From an archaeon (GTDB lineage Archaea > Micrarchaeota > Micrarchaeia > Anstonellales > Anstonellaceae), in contig JAGVIA010000034.1 in the NCBI GenBank assembly GCA_020056305.1, positions 1 through 32,000 on the forward strand: a DNA stretch of 32,000 nucleotides, written 5' to 3'. The translations under genes were made by a program, and so were the position numbers. Shown in pieces: positions 1 to 8,231 of this stretch (position 1 is its first letter; every line of letters begins with the position of its first letter). A model generated the notes under the pieces. The model saw only the letters and a list, made by a program, of their open reading frames with translations. It had not been told where the DNA came from and did no database searches.

Positions 1-711
1 CTTATTCATCAGAATATTCTTTTTCATGTAAGCAACTGCCGCCGGATTAAGTTCCACAGCCACAATTTTAGCATCGGGATGCGTCTTTGAAATCACAAGC
101 GCAAAAGGTCCCACGCCTGCAAACATCACCATCACTTTTTCGCGCGGCTTGACCAATTGCGCGATCCTGCCCCGCTCTGTCGCAAGCCTTGGGGAGAAAT
201 ACACTTTGGAAATGTCGAGGCGCATGCGCACGCCGTGCTCGCAATATTCTGCCTCAAGCTTGTGTTTTCCTAAAATCACCTTGAGCTTGCGCACCCGGAA
301 AGCGCCCTGCATCGCGCTCATTTTCTTTGCAATGGTTTTCACATTCCGGTGCACCCGCATTATGGCATGCGCAATCTCTTTCTCATGCTTCACAAGCGCA
401 GAGGGCACCTCTATTATCGCAACCGTGCCTATTATGTCAAATGAAGAGACAAGCAACTCAAGCTCTTTTGCAGTGAGCTTTCCGGCAAGTGCATCTTTTA
501 GCGAATGCGGCCGCACTTCGCGCTTGGGCAGCCTCTTTTGCACAAGGGAAAAAGGAGGTTTGTGCGAAATAGCGGGTTTTCTTTGCAGCGGAAAATAGAC
601 GAATTTATCATCCCTTGCAATCTGGTGCGAGATGTCAAGTTGCCCTTGCGCTAGGAGTACCTGTCTTGCCGTTTCCGCATTCTCCTTTTTCACCTTGGCG
701 CAAAGTGCCAT
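1..711 (-). CDS. trm5: tRNA (guanine37-N1)-methyltransferase, Trm5/Met-10+ family (N-terminal ~237 aa; C-terminus lies beyond the left edge)
   Basis: It is absent from the ORF track because it is open at the window edge. Translation of the minus strand from the ATG (complement of 709-711) gives MALCAKVKKENAETARQVLL...FDIIGTVAIIEVPSALVKHEKEIAHAIMRVHRNVKTIAKK...GAFRVRKLKVILG...VYFSPRLATERGRIAQLVKPREKVMVMFAGVGPFALVISK...VAVELNPAAVAYMKKNILMNK. The DIIG..AIIE, FRVR, FSPRL and MFAGVGPF (SAM-binding) motifs match archaeal Trm5 as I recall it (M. jannaschii Trm5). A TATA-like TTTATATC sits at 733-740 (minus strand), about 22 nt upstream of the ATG. Confidence 0.8.
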   Translation of the reverse strand, partial: MALCAKVKKENAETARQVLLAQGQLDISHQIARDDKFVYFPLQRKPAISHKPPFSLVQKRLPKREVRPHSLKDALAGKLTAKELELLVSSFDIIGTVAIIEVPSALVKHEKEIAHAIMRVHRNVKTIAKKMSAMQGAFRVRKLKVILGKHKLEAEYCEHGVRMRLDISKVYFSPRLATERGRIAQLVKPREKVMVMFAGVGPFALVISKTHPDAKIVAVELNPAAVAYMKKNILMNK

Positions 712-975
712 GCGTTCAATAGATACCGGGCTGATATAAATGCATTGCTAAGAAAAAGCCGGTCTGCCAAAGGTTCCAACATCAGGGCGAGCCGAAAAAT
801 ATCTCGCCGATCATCTTCACTGCAGTGTTGTCATGGCCCTTTAGCCACCTTCCTACCCTGTTTGGCCCCAACATGCCCCACACCGAATCAATAAATGAGC
901 TGCAGGCATATTAAATTTTGTGCATCTTTTTAGGAAAAACTAATGAAATATGATATAATTTGGCAATAATTTACT

Positions 976-990
976 AAAAACAAGAAAAAA
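976..990 (-). terminator. oligo-T tract downstream of leuS
   Basis: The minus strand reads TTTTTTCTTGTTTTT, starting 7 nt after the leuS stop codon. Archaeal termination typically occurs at oligo-T runs. Confidence 0.4.
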
Positions 991-996
991 TGCAAC

Positions 997-3765
997 TTAT
1001 TCAATGAATATGCTTGCCTTGCCCGGCATGGCGTTCGTTGCCTTCTGCGCATGCACGGCAGGCGCCTTGTTTTCAGGCAGCACAACAATCGGGCAGCCAA
1101 ATTCCTTTGACAAGTAGGCAGCTGAGTTATCAAGCGCAACGAGTTCCTGAGTTGCAGACAATGCCTCAACTTTCAGCCCGCCGATATTTTTCATGAGATT
1201 TTCAATCGCCTTCTTTGCCTGCTGCCCGTGCGCTTTCATCTCCGAATCTGCCATCGCAGCCTTCATAGCAGTGCCAAAGTCCCTCTTTTCCACAACTATT
1301 GCGCGCAATTTGCCTTTCCATTCATCCGCAACGTAGAGTGAAATCTTTTTTGCCTGCCCCTCTTTCTTGAGAAGTTTTAATATTGCGGAAATGTCATCCC
1401 GCGTTGCTTGCACGAATTCTTCCCCTCTTTCCAGTGCAGCATCTATTTTCTTCTCATCAGCAGCCGGGAATGCCGCCCCGGCAGCCAATTTCGAATCCTT
1501 CACAAACTTCTTCTTGCCAAGCGTTTCCCAGAATTCCTCTGCCACATGCGGCATTATGGGCGCAATAAGCAGGCACCAGTATTCAAAGAATTCGCGCAAA
1601 GCTGGCTTGTCTGTTCTTTTCAGATACCATTGCAAATCAGAGAAGCTCTCAAAGAGCAATTGCTGGCAGAGGGGGCGCAGCTCAAGTGTTTCAAACAGCT
1701 CCTTTGCCCGCTTAACCCTGCCGTGCAATCTTGAGAGCAGCCATTTGTCTGCAAATTCCAATCGTGTTTTCTTCCCTTCTTTTGAGGCTTGCTCAACCAG
1801 TGCCCGCAAACCCTTCAATCTTCCCATTATTCCTTCAGCAACCGTCCTGTTGAAGTCCGAATCCGATGCCAAATCCGCCCCTGCGACAACCGAGAAGCGC
1901 ACGACATCTGCGCCATACTGCGTTATTGCCTGGCGGATTGGCAGGATATTCCCAAAGCTCTTGCTCATCTTGCTGCCGTCCATGAGCACAAAGCCGTTTG
2001 TGATTATCTGCCGTGGCCAGTGCTTTTTTTCAAAAATGGCAGTGTGTATGAATATCAGGAACACAAGGTGATTGTGTATCAAATCGGTTGCCGAATGCCT
2101 TGAGTCCAGCGGATACCAGTAGAGGAACTCTTCCCGCAGCTTTTTCATTTCGGCAGTCGCTTTTGCATCTCCCTTTCCCAAAAATACGTAGTCGAAGAAT
2201 GCCCCATCCAATTTTCCGGCATCCTCTTTTTTGAGCAAATGCGAAATGGTATAGAATGCCATGTAAATTGTGGAATCTGAGAGCGCCTCAATCATCTGCT
2301 TCTCATCAAACGGGAATCTTGTTCCCAGCCCGCTTGCGCGCGTGCATGCCTTCTCCTTGAGCCAGTCCACTGTGTAATAGTAATCCTGCACTGTCTTTTC
2401 CGGCAGTATTCTCATTTCAGCTAAGCACTCCTTGACCTTTGCCTTCCATTTCGCATCCCCGTAATCGATGAACCATTGGTTTTTCACCATATTTACGGTG
2501 CATTGCGCGCCGCATCTGCAATAGACTGGCCCATTGGACAATTCATACAGTTTCATTGCCTTGCCTTCTGCCACCAAGTCATTGCCGATTGCCTCCTTTG
2601 CCTCAACGCCTTTCTTTCCCTTGTACTTGCCTATTGCCATGACGCCGGTGTGCGCCTCTTTCTTGTAGATGGCACTTGTTGCTTCCTCTGCCTTTGGGTC
2701 GTTCTGGCTCGTTATTTTCATCTGCTCGACTATTTCTTTCGCAGGGAATTGCCCGAATCCAACAAGCGATAACACTTGCACAAGCTCAATCTGCTTGTCC
2801 AAGCCCGCATCTCGCAATGCCAAATAGTCATAGGGCGCATGCGCGGGAACACTCATCACAATGCCGGTGCCTGTTGCAGCATCCACAAACGAAGCTGGAA
2901 ACACTGGAACAAGCTTTCCAGTAAGCGGATTTTTTGCCATCATTTTTAGCAATTCACTTGCTGCAACTTCCTTCTCCACTTTCATTCCCAGCTGCTCCGC
3001 AATCGTTTTTGCAGCTTCTTTTGCCAAATAATATTTTTCGCTGCCTTTCTTTGCAATGACATATTCTGCTTTAGGGTTCACCCAGATGTTTGTGACTCCA
3101 AATAGCGTTTCGGGGCGGTATGTGGAGCAAATCAGATTCCCTCCATCCGCCTCAAACTTGATTACTGTGACTTCCTCAATCTGCGGGTCCACGTCGCCCT
3201 TTGTGTCATGCGCGCCGACAGGGTTCTTGTCCTTTGGGCACCATGGCACAGGGTGCTCGCCCTGCAATATGAGGCCCTGCTCTTTCAATTTTGCAAACTG
3301 CCATTGAATGAACTTGTTGAAGTGCGCGTCATAAGAGTAGAATTTGCGCCTCCAGTCAATCGAGTAGCCCATCTCTTTCATGCCAGCCTCAATTTCCTGC
3401 GAGAAGTAAGTAACAAGGGGCACAGGCTCTGCCAATGAGAGCGCTTTTTCGCGTGGGATGCCATATATTTTCTCAAAAATGCCCAGAAGCTCGTCATCCT
3501 GCTCCTTGAGCCTCCTTGCCATTGCGATAATCGGTGTGCCAGTCACATGGAGCCCCATGGGAAAGAGCACGTTGTGGCCTGTCATGCGCTTGTATCTTGC
3601 GTAGATATCGGTAGTGGTGTAAGTCCTGCCATGCCCCACATGCTGCGGGGAATTGGGATACGGGAATGCTGCCGTTAGGAAGAACTTTTTGCGCTTCTTT
3701 TCAGGGTTTGCCTCAAAGAGCTTTTCCTTTTGCCATTCCTGCTGCCATCTAGCTTCAGACTCCAT
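997..3765 (-). CDS. leuS: leucine--tRNA ligase, archaeal type (922 aa)
   Basis: Full-length ORF. It has a class I HIGH-type motif (PQHVGHGRTY) and a KMSKS motif (GSKMSKSFGN). Length and the N-terminal WQxxWxxxxxFEA signature fit archaeal/eukaryotic-type LeuRS. Confidence 0.95.
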   Translation of the reverse strand: MESEARWQQEWQKEKLFEANPEKKRKKFFLTAAFPYPNSPQHVGHGRTYTTTDIYARYKRMTGHNVLFPMGLHVTGTPIIAMARRLKEQDDELLGIFEKIYGIPREKALSLAEPVPLVTYFSQEIEAGMKEMGYSIDWRRKFYSYDAHFNKFIQWQFAKLKEQGLILQGEHPVPWCPKDKNPVGAHDTKGDVDPQIEEVTVIKFEADGGNLICSTYRPETLFGVTNIWVNPKAEYVIAKKGSEKYYLAKEAAKTIAEQLGMKVEKEVAASELLKMMAKNPLTGKLVPVFPASFVDAATGTGIVMSVPAHAPYDYLALRDAGLDKQIELVQVLSLVGFGQFPAKEIVEQMKITSQNDPKAEEATSAIYKKEAHTGVMAIGKYKGKKGVEAKEAIGNDLVAEGKAMKLYELSNGPVYCRCGAQCTVNMVKNQWFIDYGDAKWKAKVKECLAEMRILPEKTVQDYYYTVDWLKEKACTRASGLGTRFPFDEKQMIEALSDSTIYMAFYTISHLLKKEDAGKLDGAFFDYVFLGKGDAKATAEMKKLREEFLYWYPLDSRHSATDLIHNHLVFLIFIHTAIFEKKHWPRQIITNGFVLMDGSKMSKSFGNILPIRQAITQYGADVVRFSVVAGADLASDSDFNRTVAEGIMGRLKGLRALVEQASKEGKKTRLEFADKWLLSRLHGRVKRAKELFETLELRPLCQQLLFESFSDLQWYLKRTDKPALREFFEYWCLLIAPIMPHVAEEFWETLGKKKFVKDSKLAAGAAFPAADEKKIDAALERGEEFVQATRDDISAILKLLKKEGQAKKISLYVADEWKGKLRAIVVEKRDFGTAMKAAMADSEMKAHGQQAKKAIENLMKNIGGLKVEALSATQELVALDNSAAYLSKEFGCPIVVLPENKAPAVHAQKATNAMPGKASIFIE

Positions 3766-3800
3766 AGAGTGCTATTGAGGAAATAAGGGATAAAAAGGGT

Positions 3801-4238
3801 ATGTTACGTAAGAAAAGCATGTCAAACTTTCCAAACAAGCTGGTCGTTGTGCTAAACGAGAAAATTGAAACTTGGCGCGCCATGAATGCTCTTTCGCACG
3901 CCATGCTCGGATTTGGAGCAGGAGTCGCGCCAAAGGATGAATTGCATCTCAACGAATATGTTGATGCGGACGGCAATGTGCACAAGCCCATTACCGAAAT
4001 GCCAATCGTTGTTCTCAAGGCAAGCTGCGAAAAGATACGCGAGCTTCGGAAATTTGCGATTGCGAACAATATCCGCTACAACGATTTTGTGGAATTCATG
4101 AGCGCAGGAGAATACGAAGAGGAATACAAGCTCATGAAGGCAAAGAAGGATGAAGAAATAGATTACTGGGCAATCATCCTCTTTGGGCCAAAGGACAAAA
4201 TAAAAGAGGCGACTGGCAAGCTGCAATTGTACAAATAG
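3801..4238 (+). CDS. DUF2000-family protein (145 aa)
   Basis: The pattern NKLVVVLNEKI...AMNALSHAMLGFG...PIVVLKAS.EKIRELR...DF...YEEEY...ILFGPKDKIKEATGKLQLYK matches my recollection of DUF2000 (KxVxVxxxxL..G...N..AH...G ... PIxILK ... ELR ... GPKKxVNKLTGxLxLL). The start could also be the second Met (3819). Confidence 0.65.
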   Translation: MLRKKSMSNFPNKLVVVLNEKIETWRAMNALSHAMLGFGAGVAPKDELHLNEYVDADGNVHKPITEMPIVVLKASCEKIRELRKFAIANNIRYNDFVEFMSAGEYEEEYKLMKAKKDEEIDYWAIILFGPKDKIKEATGKLQLYK

Positions 4239-4241
4239 GTT

Positions 4242-4646
4242 TCAGTACAGCCATTGCGCTTCTTTTGCCAGCTTGTATTTCACGGCTTCCTCGTGCTTTA
4301 GCCATTTGTAGCCTGAGAATTCCGAAGATGCGCGTGCCACATGGCTCTTCGCAGTCATGCGAAAGACAAGAATATGGATGAAATGCTTCCTCTTGCGTGT
4401 CCCCGCATTGTAGCGCTTTTCCGCAACTGATTCATGCGCCTGCGCATCTATGCCTGTTTGCTGCCGGAATGCGGAGGATATTGCCGCGACAGGGTTCTCG
4501 CCAATCATGACAAAAACAAACGGAAGCTCTATTATTTCCTGCCCAAGCGAATTTTTGCGCACCAGAAAAAGAGCGCGCTCCTTGTCTTCGAGCAATGCGC
4601 ATGCAAGTGCAACTGGCAGTGGTGCTGGCTTCTCCTTTCGTCCCAT
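4242..4646 (-). CDS. Nudix-fold protein with degenerate Nudix box
   Basis: The topology is Nudix-like (VALACALLED.ERALFLVRK...ELPFVFVMIGENPVAAISSAFRQQTGI...). In the GX5EX7REUXEEXGU box the catalytic Glu positions read A/Q (..RQQTG..). The start is ambiguous. The track gives 4679. I prefer the ATG at 4644-4646 (MGRKEKP...), which sits 1 nt after the stop of an upstream micro-ORF behind the repeated GCGGATGATTGAG motif. Confidence 0.5.
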   Translation of the reverse strand: MGRKEKPAPLPVALACALLEDKERALFLVRKNSLGQEIIELPFVFVMIGENPVAAISSAFRQQTGIDAQAHESVAEKRYNAGTRKRKHFIHILVFRMTAKSHVARASSEFSGYKWLKHEEAVKYKLAKEAQWLY

Positions 4647-4647
4647 C

Positions 4648-4698
4648 TCAATCATCCGCCCATTCGAAAGCGCGCGCATTTGGGGCTTTTGTTTTCAT
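4648..4698 (-). CDS. micro-ORF b, 16 aa (MKTKAPNARAFEWADD)
   Basis: Hand translation of the minus strand. The start ATG lies 1 nt after the stop of micro-ORF a. Its stop lies 1 nt before the ATG of the Nudix-like gene. The ORF ends in the repeated GCGGATGATTGA motif. It is too short for the ORF track and coding status is unproven. Confidence 0.2.
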   Translation of the reverse strand: MKTKAPNARAFEWADD

Positions 4699-4699
4699 C

Positions 4700-4753
4700 T
4701 TAATCATCCGCTGCCCAGCCGCGCGCAATCAGGGCATTTTCCATCATTTTCAT
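4700..4753 (-). CDS. micro-ORF a, 17 aa (MKMMENALIARGWAADD)
   Basis: Hand translation of the minus strand. The start ATG lies 1 nt after the zinc-ribbon stop. The ORF ends GCGGATGATTAA, then 1 nt, then the next ATG. Coding status is unproven. Confidence 0.2.
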   Translation of the reverse strand: MKMMENALIARGWAADD

Positions 4754-4754
4754 T

Positions 4755-4880
4755 TCAATCATCCGCCCTTCCGATCAATTTGTAGCATTCCGGGCAAATA
4801 AGCAGCGTGCCCACTTGAGTTTCCGACTCGTTTGGTTCAACTAGCTTTCCACAGTGCGGGCAATTCACTTTTTCGCTCAT
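4755..4880 (-). CDS. 41-aa LysW-like zinc-ribbon protein (MSEKVNCPHCGKLVEPNESETQVGTLLICPECYKLIGRADD)
   Basis: Hand translation; the ORF is below the track's length cut-off. Its ATG overlaps the MFS stop codon (CTATGAGC, an ATGA overlap), which suggests translational coupling. It has CPxC...CPxC knuckles. The VG-x-hydrophobic3-C-x-(D/E)-C core is shared with the genuine LysW at 11912. Confidence 0.5.
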   Translation of the reverse strand: MSEKVNCPHCGKLVEPNESETQVGTLLICPECYKLIGRADD

Positions 4881-6370
4881 AGCCTCCTCTTCCGTGAAAC
4901 TTTTGATGCAAGTTTCCTGCCTTCCTCAATTAGAATCGTTTTTGTCGTGCGAAGCTTCTGGGTCATTGCAATCCCGCCATCCATCGCCCCTTTCTCAACA
5001 ACTTTGCGCGTGAAGTTCCAGCCTCCAAGCACCCCGTTTATTGCGCCCTGCGTTGGCGCAACGGCAAAGAGCTGTATTATCATCGCCCGGTCGCCCATCT
5101 TGTTCTCGATATTCGTGCCATGCGAAAGCTTCGGCGCAAATGCAAGCACTGCAAGCAGGCGCGAGATGCCAGAAAGCAGGAAAATTAGCATTATTCCGCT
5201 AAATCCGAAAAGCATGGCGTTTGGGAAATAAACAAGGAACAGCCCGCCGGATATTGCGCCTGCGGCATAGAAGAAGCCGTTGAACGCATTGTATTTGGAG
5301 ATGAATGAGGGCCGAAGCTCACGCCCGACAAGCGCAAGGGCGTAATTGAATGATGCAAGGTCAAACCCCGCCCACACAAAGCCTGAGAATGCTGAGAATA
5401 TCATAATCCACACCTGGTCTGTGGAGGTAAGCCACAAAAGCGGCACAAAAGGCGTCATGAATGATGATGCCACGAGAACTGCGCGGTTGCCAAGCCTGTC
5501 GGCCGCCTTGCCCCAATAGGGGAATGCGACTATTTTCACAATAATTGTGGTTGCGGATATGATTCCTACGAGCCCGATGTCAAAGTGCAGGCTGTTTAGC
5601 ATATACGGCATGAAAAAGGGCGATGCAAACTGGGTTGTCGCGCTCACGAGTGCCATGAAAACAAGGAACCATAACTCATTCCTGTAAGCCGGAAGCAAAA
5701 ACAGGTGCTTGAGCTTGATTTCCCGGATAAGCTGCAATTCGTATTTCACGTCATAGAGCCTGTTGTGGAAATATGTCGCTGCAAGCCTTGAGAGGAATGC
5801 GGCAATAAACACCACTGCAAACGCAAATGCGGCGGCATATTGCAGCTCAAGCTGCCTAATTGCAATCCCTGCCCCGAATGTTGCTATGAAAAGCGACACC
5901 TGCATCAGGCTGTTTCTTGTTGCAAAAAATCCCGGGCGCTCATTATCCGGCACGATGTCGGATATCCAGCTGCTCCATGCCGGGTTTGAAAGCATCGTTA
6001 GTCCAACTCCTATGGAGAAGAAGAGTATCATCAGCGGGACTGAGAGCGGGCCTGGCCAAAACACCACTGCGGCAATCAAAATCCAGCAAATTGAATGGAG
6101 CAGCGAGCCTGAGACAACCATCTTTTTCCGGCTGCCATAGAACCGAAGAATATTTATGGAAAAGAACTGGGAAATCGCGCCAAAGAGCTGCGGAAGGGCT
6201 GCAAGCAAGCCGATTTGGAAGTTTGTTGCCCCTAGGGCGATTGCAGCGGCAGGGATGTATGTATCTCCGACTCCCACCATTGCCGAATAGCCGATGCCGT
6301 CAGCTATCGAGTTTTTCATTGCCGCATTGCGCTCATGCAGGCTGTGCGTGTCTTCGTCAGGATTTGGCAT
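4877..6370 (-). CDS. MFS-type transporter (497 aa) with ~90-aa soluble C-terminal tail
   Basis: There are about 12 hydrophobic segments in two halves. An MFS-like loop motif (RFYGSRKKMV) lies after TM2, followed by a basic hydrophilic tail. The substrate cannot be inferred. Confidence 0.7.
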   Translation of the reverse strand: MPNPDEDTHSLHERNAAMKNSIADGIGYSAMVGVGDTYIPAAAIALGATNFQIGLLAALPQLFGAISQFFSINILRFYGSRKKMVVSGSLLHSICWILIAAVVFWPGPLSVPLMILFFSIGVGLTMLSNPAWSSWISDIVPDNERPGFFATRNSLMQVSLFIATFGAGIAIRQLELQYAAAFAFAVVFIAAFLSRLAATYFHNRLYDVKYELQLIREIKLKHLFLLPAYRNELWFLVFMALVSATTQFASPFFMPYMLNSLHFDIGLVGIISATTIIVKIVAFPYWGKAADRLGNRAVLVASSFMTPFVPLLWLTSTDQVWIMIFSAFSGFVWAGFDLASFNYALALVGRELRPSFISKYNAFNGFFYAAGAISGGLFLVYFPNAMLFGFSGIMLIFLLSGISRLLAVLAFAPKLSHGTNIENKMGDRAMIIQLFAVAPTQGAINGVLGGWNFTRKVVEKGAMDGGIAMTQKLRTTKTILIEEGRKLASKVSRKRRL

Positions 6371-6483
6371 ATGGGTCGCTTTGCCACTTGCCCAGCCAAT
6401 CCTTATAAGAATTTAGAAGAGGGAAACAAGCCTACTCGAAAATGGGTAAGGCATTATAATAGCTGCCCGCCCCTTATCTCCAC

Positions 6484-7182
6484 ATGAAAAACATCCCAGC
6501 CGCGCTTGCGGCTCTAAGGAAAGGCGGCGCAGTAGTGCTATTTGACGATTCAGGCAGGGAGGCTGAGGCAGACCTGCTCTTCCACGCGAGCGCTGCAACG
6601 CCAAAAAAGATAGCAATGCTTCGCAAGGATGCAGGAGGGCTCGTGTGCCTTGCGACAAGCGGCAAGGTTGCACAGGCACTGGACTTGCCTTTCATGGCAG
6701 ATGTTCTTGCAACGTCTCAAAACAGCGCCGCCTCAAGCCTTGCAATTGCCAAAACGCCCTATGGTGACAAGCCGGCATTCTCGATTTCCATTAACAGCAG
6801 AAAAACATACACTGGCATAACTGACGAGGACAGGGCGCGCACGATAAAGGAGTTTGCGGACTTCATCTGCGGCATGGAATTTGGCAGGAAGCAATTCGCA
6901 AAGCAATTCTACTCGCCTGGGCATGTGAACCTGCTGATAAGCTCGGGGCTGAAGAACAGGCGAGGGCACACAGAATTGTCTGTCGGGCTTGCGCTTCTTG
7001 CAGGCATGCCGCCCTCAGTAGTGCTCTGCGAGATGCTGGGCGAGGGGAAAGCACTGCCCATGAAAAAAGCAAAAGAATATGCAAAAAGAAAAAAGCTGCC
7101 TTTTCTCACTGGCAAAGATGTAATTGAAGCATTTGGCAGTATTTCCTGCGGGCCAGGCTGCAGGTGCACGTGCAAAAAATAG
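6484..7182 (+). CDS. ribB: 3,4-dihydroxy-2-butanone-4-phosphate synthase
   Basis: LRKGGAVVLFDDSGREAEADLLFHASAATPKKIAMLRKDAGGLVCLA, ...GHVNLL... and RRGHTELSV are the hallmark RibB motifs. The C-terminal tail is unusual (SCGPGCRCTCKK). Confidence 0.9.
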   Translation: MKNIPAALAALRKGGAVVLFDDSGREAEADLLFHASAATPKKIAMLRKDAGGLVCLATSGKVAQALDLPFMADVLATSQNSAASSLAIAKTPYGDKPAFSISINSRKTYTGITDEDRARTIKEFADFICGMEFGRKQFAKQFYSPGHVNLLISSGLKNRRGHTELSVGLALLAGMPPSVVLCEMLGEGKALPMKKAKEYAKRKKLPFLTGKDVIEAFGSISCGPGCRCTCKK

Positions 7183-7264
7183 GAAATGCGCAAAAGAAGC
7201 GTTTGGACGCCTTTCATCCAAATCGAGCTGCGGGTGCGCAAACAAAAACTGATGGTGCAGCAAA

Positions 7265-7807
7265 ATGGCAAACAAAAAGAAGCAAATCGTTCTCGGCATT
7301 GCTGATACTACGTTTTCCCGCGTTGACATGTTCAAGTTTGTGCAGGATGAAGTGAAAAACTTCGAAAAGAAGTTTTTCAGCATTGGAATGAGCGTAGCGA
7401 ATTCCAATTCAATGAAAAAGTCCGGTTTGCCTGTCCGCATTGTGCGCTACACCGTGCCTGGCATAAAGGATTTGCCTGTCGCGTGCAAAATTCTGCTAGA
7501 TAAGAGGAAATGCGGCATTGCAATTGCGCTTGGCATGGTTGGCGGGGCTGAAATAGACGAGCGCTGCGCGCACGAGGCAAATATTGGCATCCAATTCGCG
7601 CAGTTAATGTCAAACAAGCACATCATAGGCGTGTTCGTGCACTGGAATGAGGCAAAGAATGAGGCTGATTTCTATTCAATATGCGAGAACAGGACAAGGA
7701 AGCATACGCAAAATGCGCTTTTGCTTGCAAGCGGGCAGTCGCTTTCAAAATTTGCTGGCATGGGAAAAAGGCAGGGCAGGGAAGATGAAGGCAGAATAAG
7801 CAAATAA
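7265..7807 (+). CDS. ribC: riboflavin synthase, archaeal (lumazine-synthase-like) type
   Basis: LGIADTTFSRVDM...RYTVPGIKDLPVACKILL...IALGMVGGAEIDERCAHEANIGIQFAQLMSNKHIIGVFVHWNEAK...FAGMGKRQGREDEG aligns closely with M. jannaschii MJ1184 as I recall it (VDTTFARVDM...KTVPGIKDLPVACKKLL...[29 protein letters not shown]...). Confidence 0.9.
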   Translation: MANKKKQIVLGIADTTFSRVDMFKFVQDEVKNFEKKFFSIGMSVANSNSMKKSGLPVRIVRYTVPGIKDLPVACKILLDKRKCGIAIALGMVGGAEIDERCAHEANIGIQFAQLMSNKHIIGVFVHWNEAKNEADFYSICENRTRKHTQNALLLASGQSLSKFAGMGKRQGREDEGRISK

Positions 7808-7817
7808 GGTTGTTTAG

Positions 7818-8231
7818 ATGGTGAAACTGTTTATTGTGCGCGCGCTTTTCAATGAAGAGATAACAGACAAAATGGAAAAGGAAGCGATAGTTGCGTGCAA
7901 AAAGGAAGGTGCAGCAATAACGGGCATTGCAAGGGTGCCTGGCGCATTTGACATTCCATTTGCAGCAAAAATGGCACTTATTCGCAAGGATGTTGATGCT
8001 GTTGTCGCACTTGGCGCGATAATAAAAGGCGAGACCAAACATGACGAGACAATAGCAAATGCGCTTGCAATCAAGCTTGCCGATTTGTCCTGCGAATATT
8101 CAAAGCCTGTTGCGCTTGGGGTAATCGGCCCTGGGGCAACCGAGGAGCATGCAAAAGCACGGGCAAAAGAATACGCAAAACGCGCAGTTGCTGCTGCGAT
8201 ATCGCTTCTTTCAGAGATGAAAAAAATATGA
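7818..8231 (+). CDS. ribH: 6,7-dimethyl-8-ribityllumazine synthase
   Basis: RVPGAFDIPFAAKMAL....VDAVVALGAIIKGETKHDETIANA...L......KPVALGVIGPG are RibH signature stretches. The stop overlaps the ribD start (ATGA). Confidence 0.9.
   Translation: MVKLFIVRALFNEEITDKMEKEAIVACKKEGAAITGIARVPGAFDIPFAAKMALIRKDVDAVVALGAIIKGETKHDETIANALAIKLADLSCEYSKPVALGVIGPGATEEHAKARAKEYAKRAVAAAISLLSEMKKI

Noticed and set aside
149-598. 149-aa plus-strand ORF at the left edge
   Set aside because: It is antisense to the well-supported trm5 reading frame, and its Cys/Ser/Arg-rich translation has no motifs.
712-996. 285-bp leuS/trm5 intergenic region: possible small ORF (30 aa, MLGPNRVGRW...) or C/D-box-like sRNA (AGATGATC ... 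CTGA around a GGCGAG/CTCGCC hairpin, ~785-812)
   Set aside because: The box sequences are imperfect and only ~34 nt apart. No C'/D' boxes or guide-like organisation are present. The ORF has no SD or motif. The evidence is not enough for a call.
6371-6483. FMN riboswitch upstream of ribB
   Set aside because: The region is only 113 bp, A/T-box rich and lacks the long conserved RFN element helices. It looks like a simple divergent promoter region.
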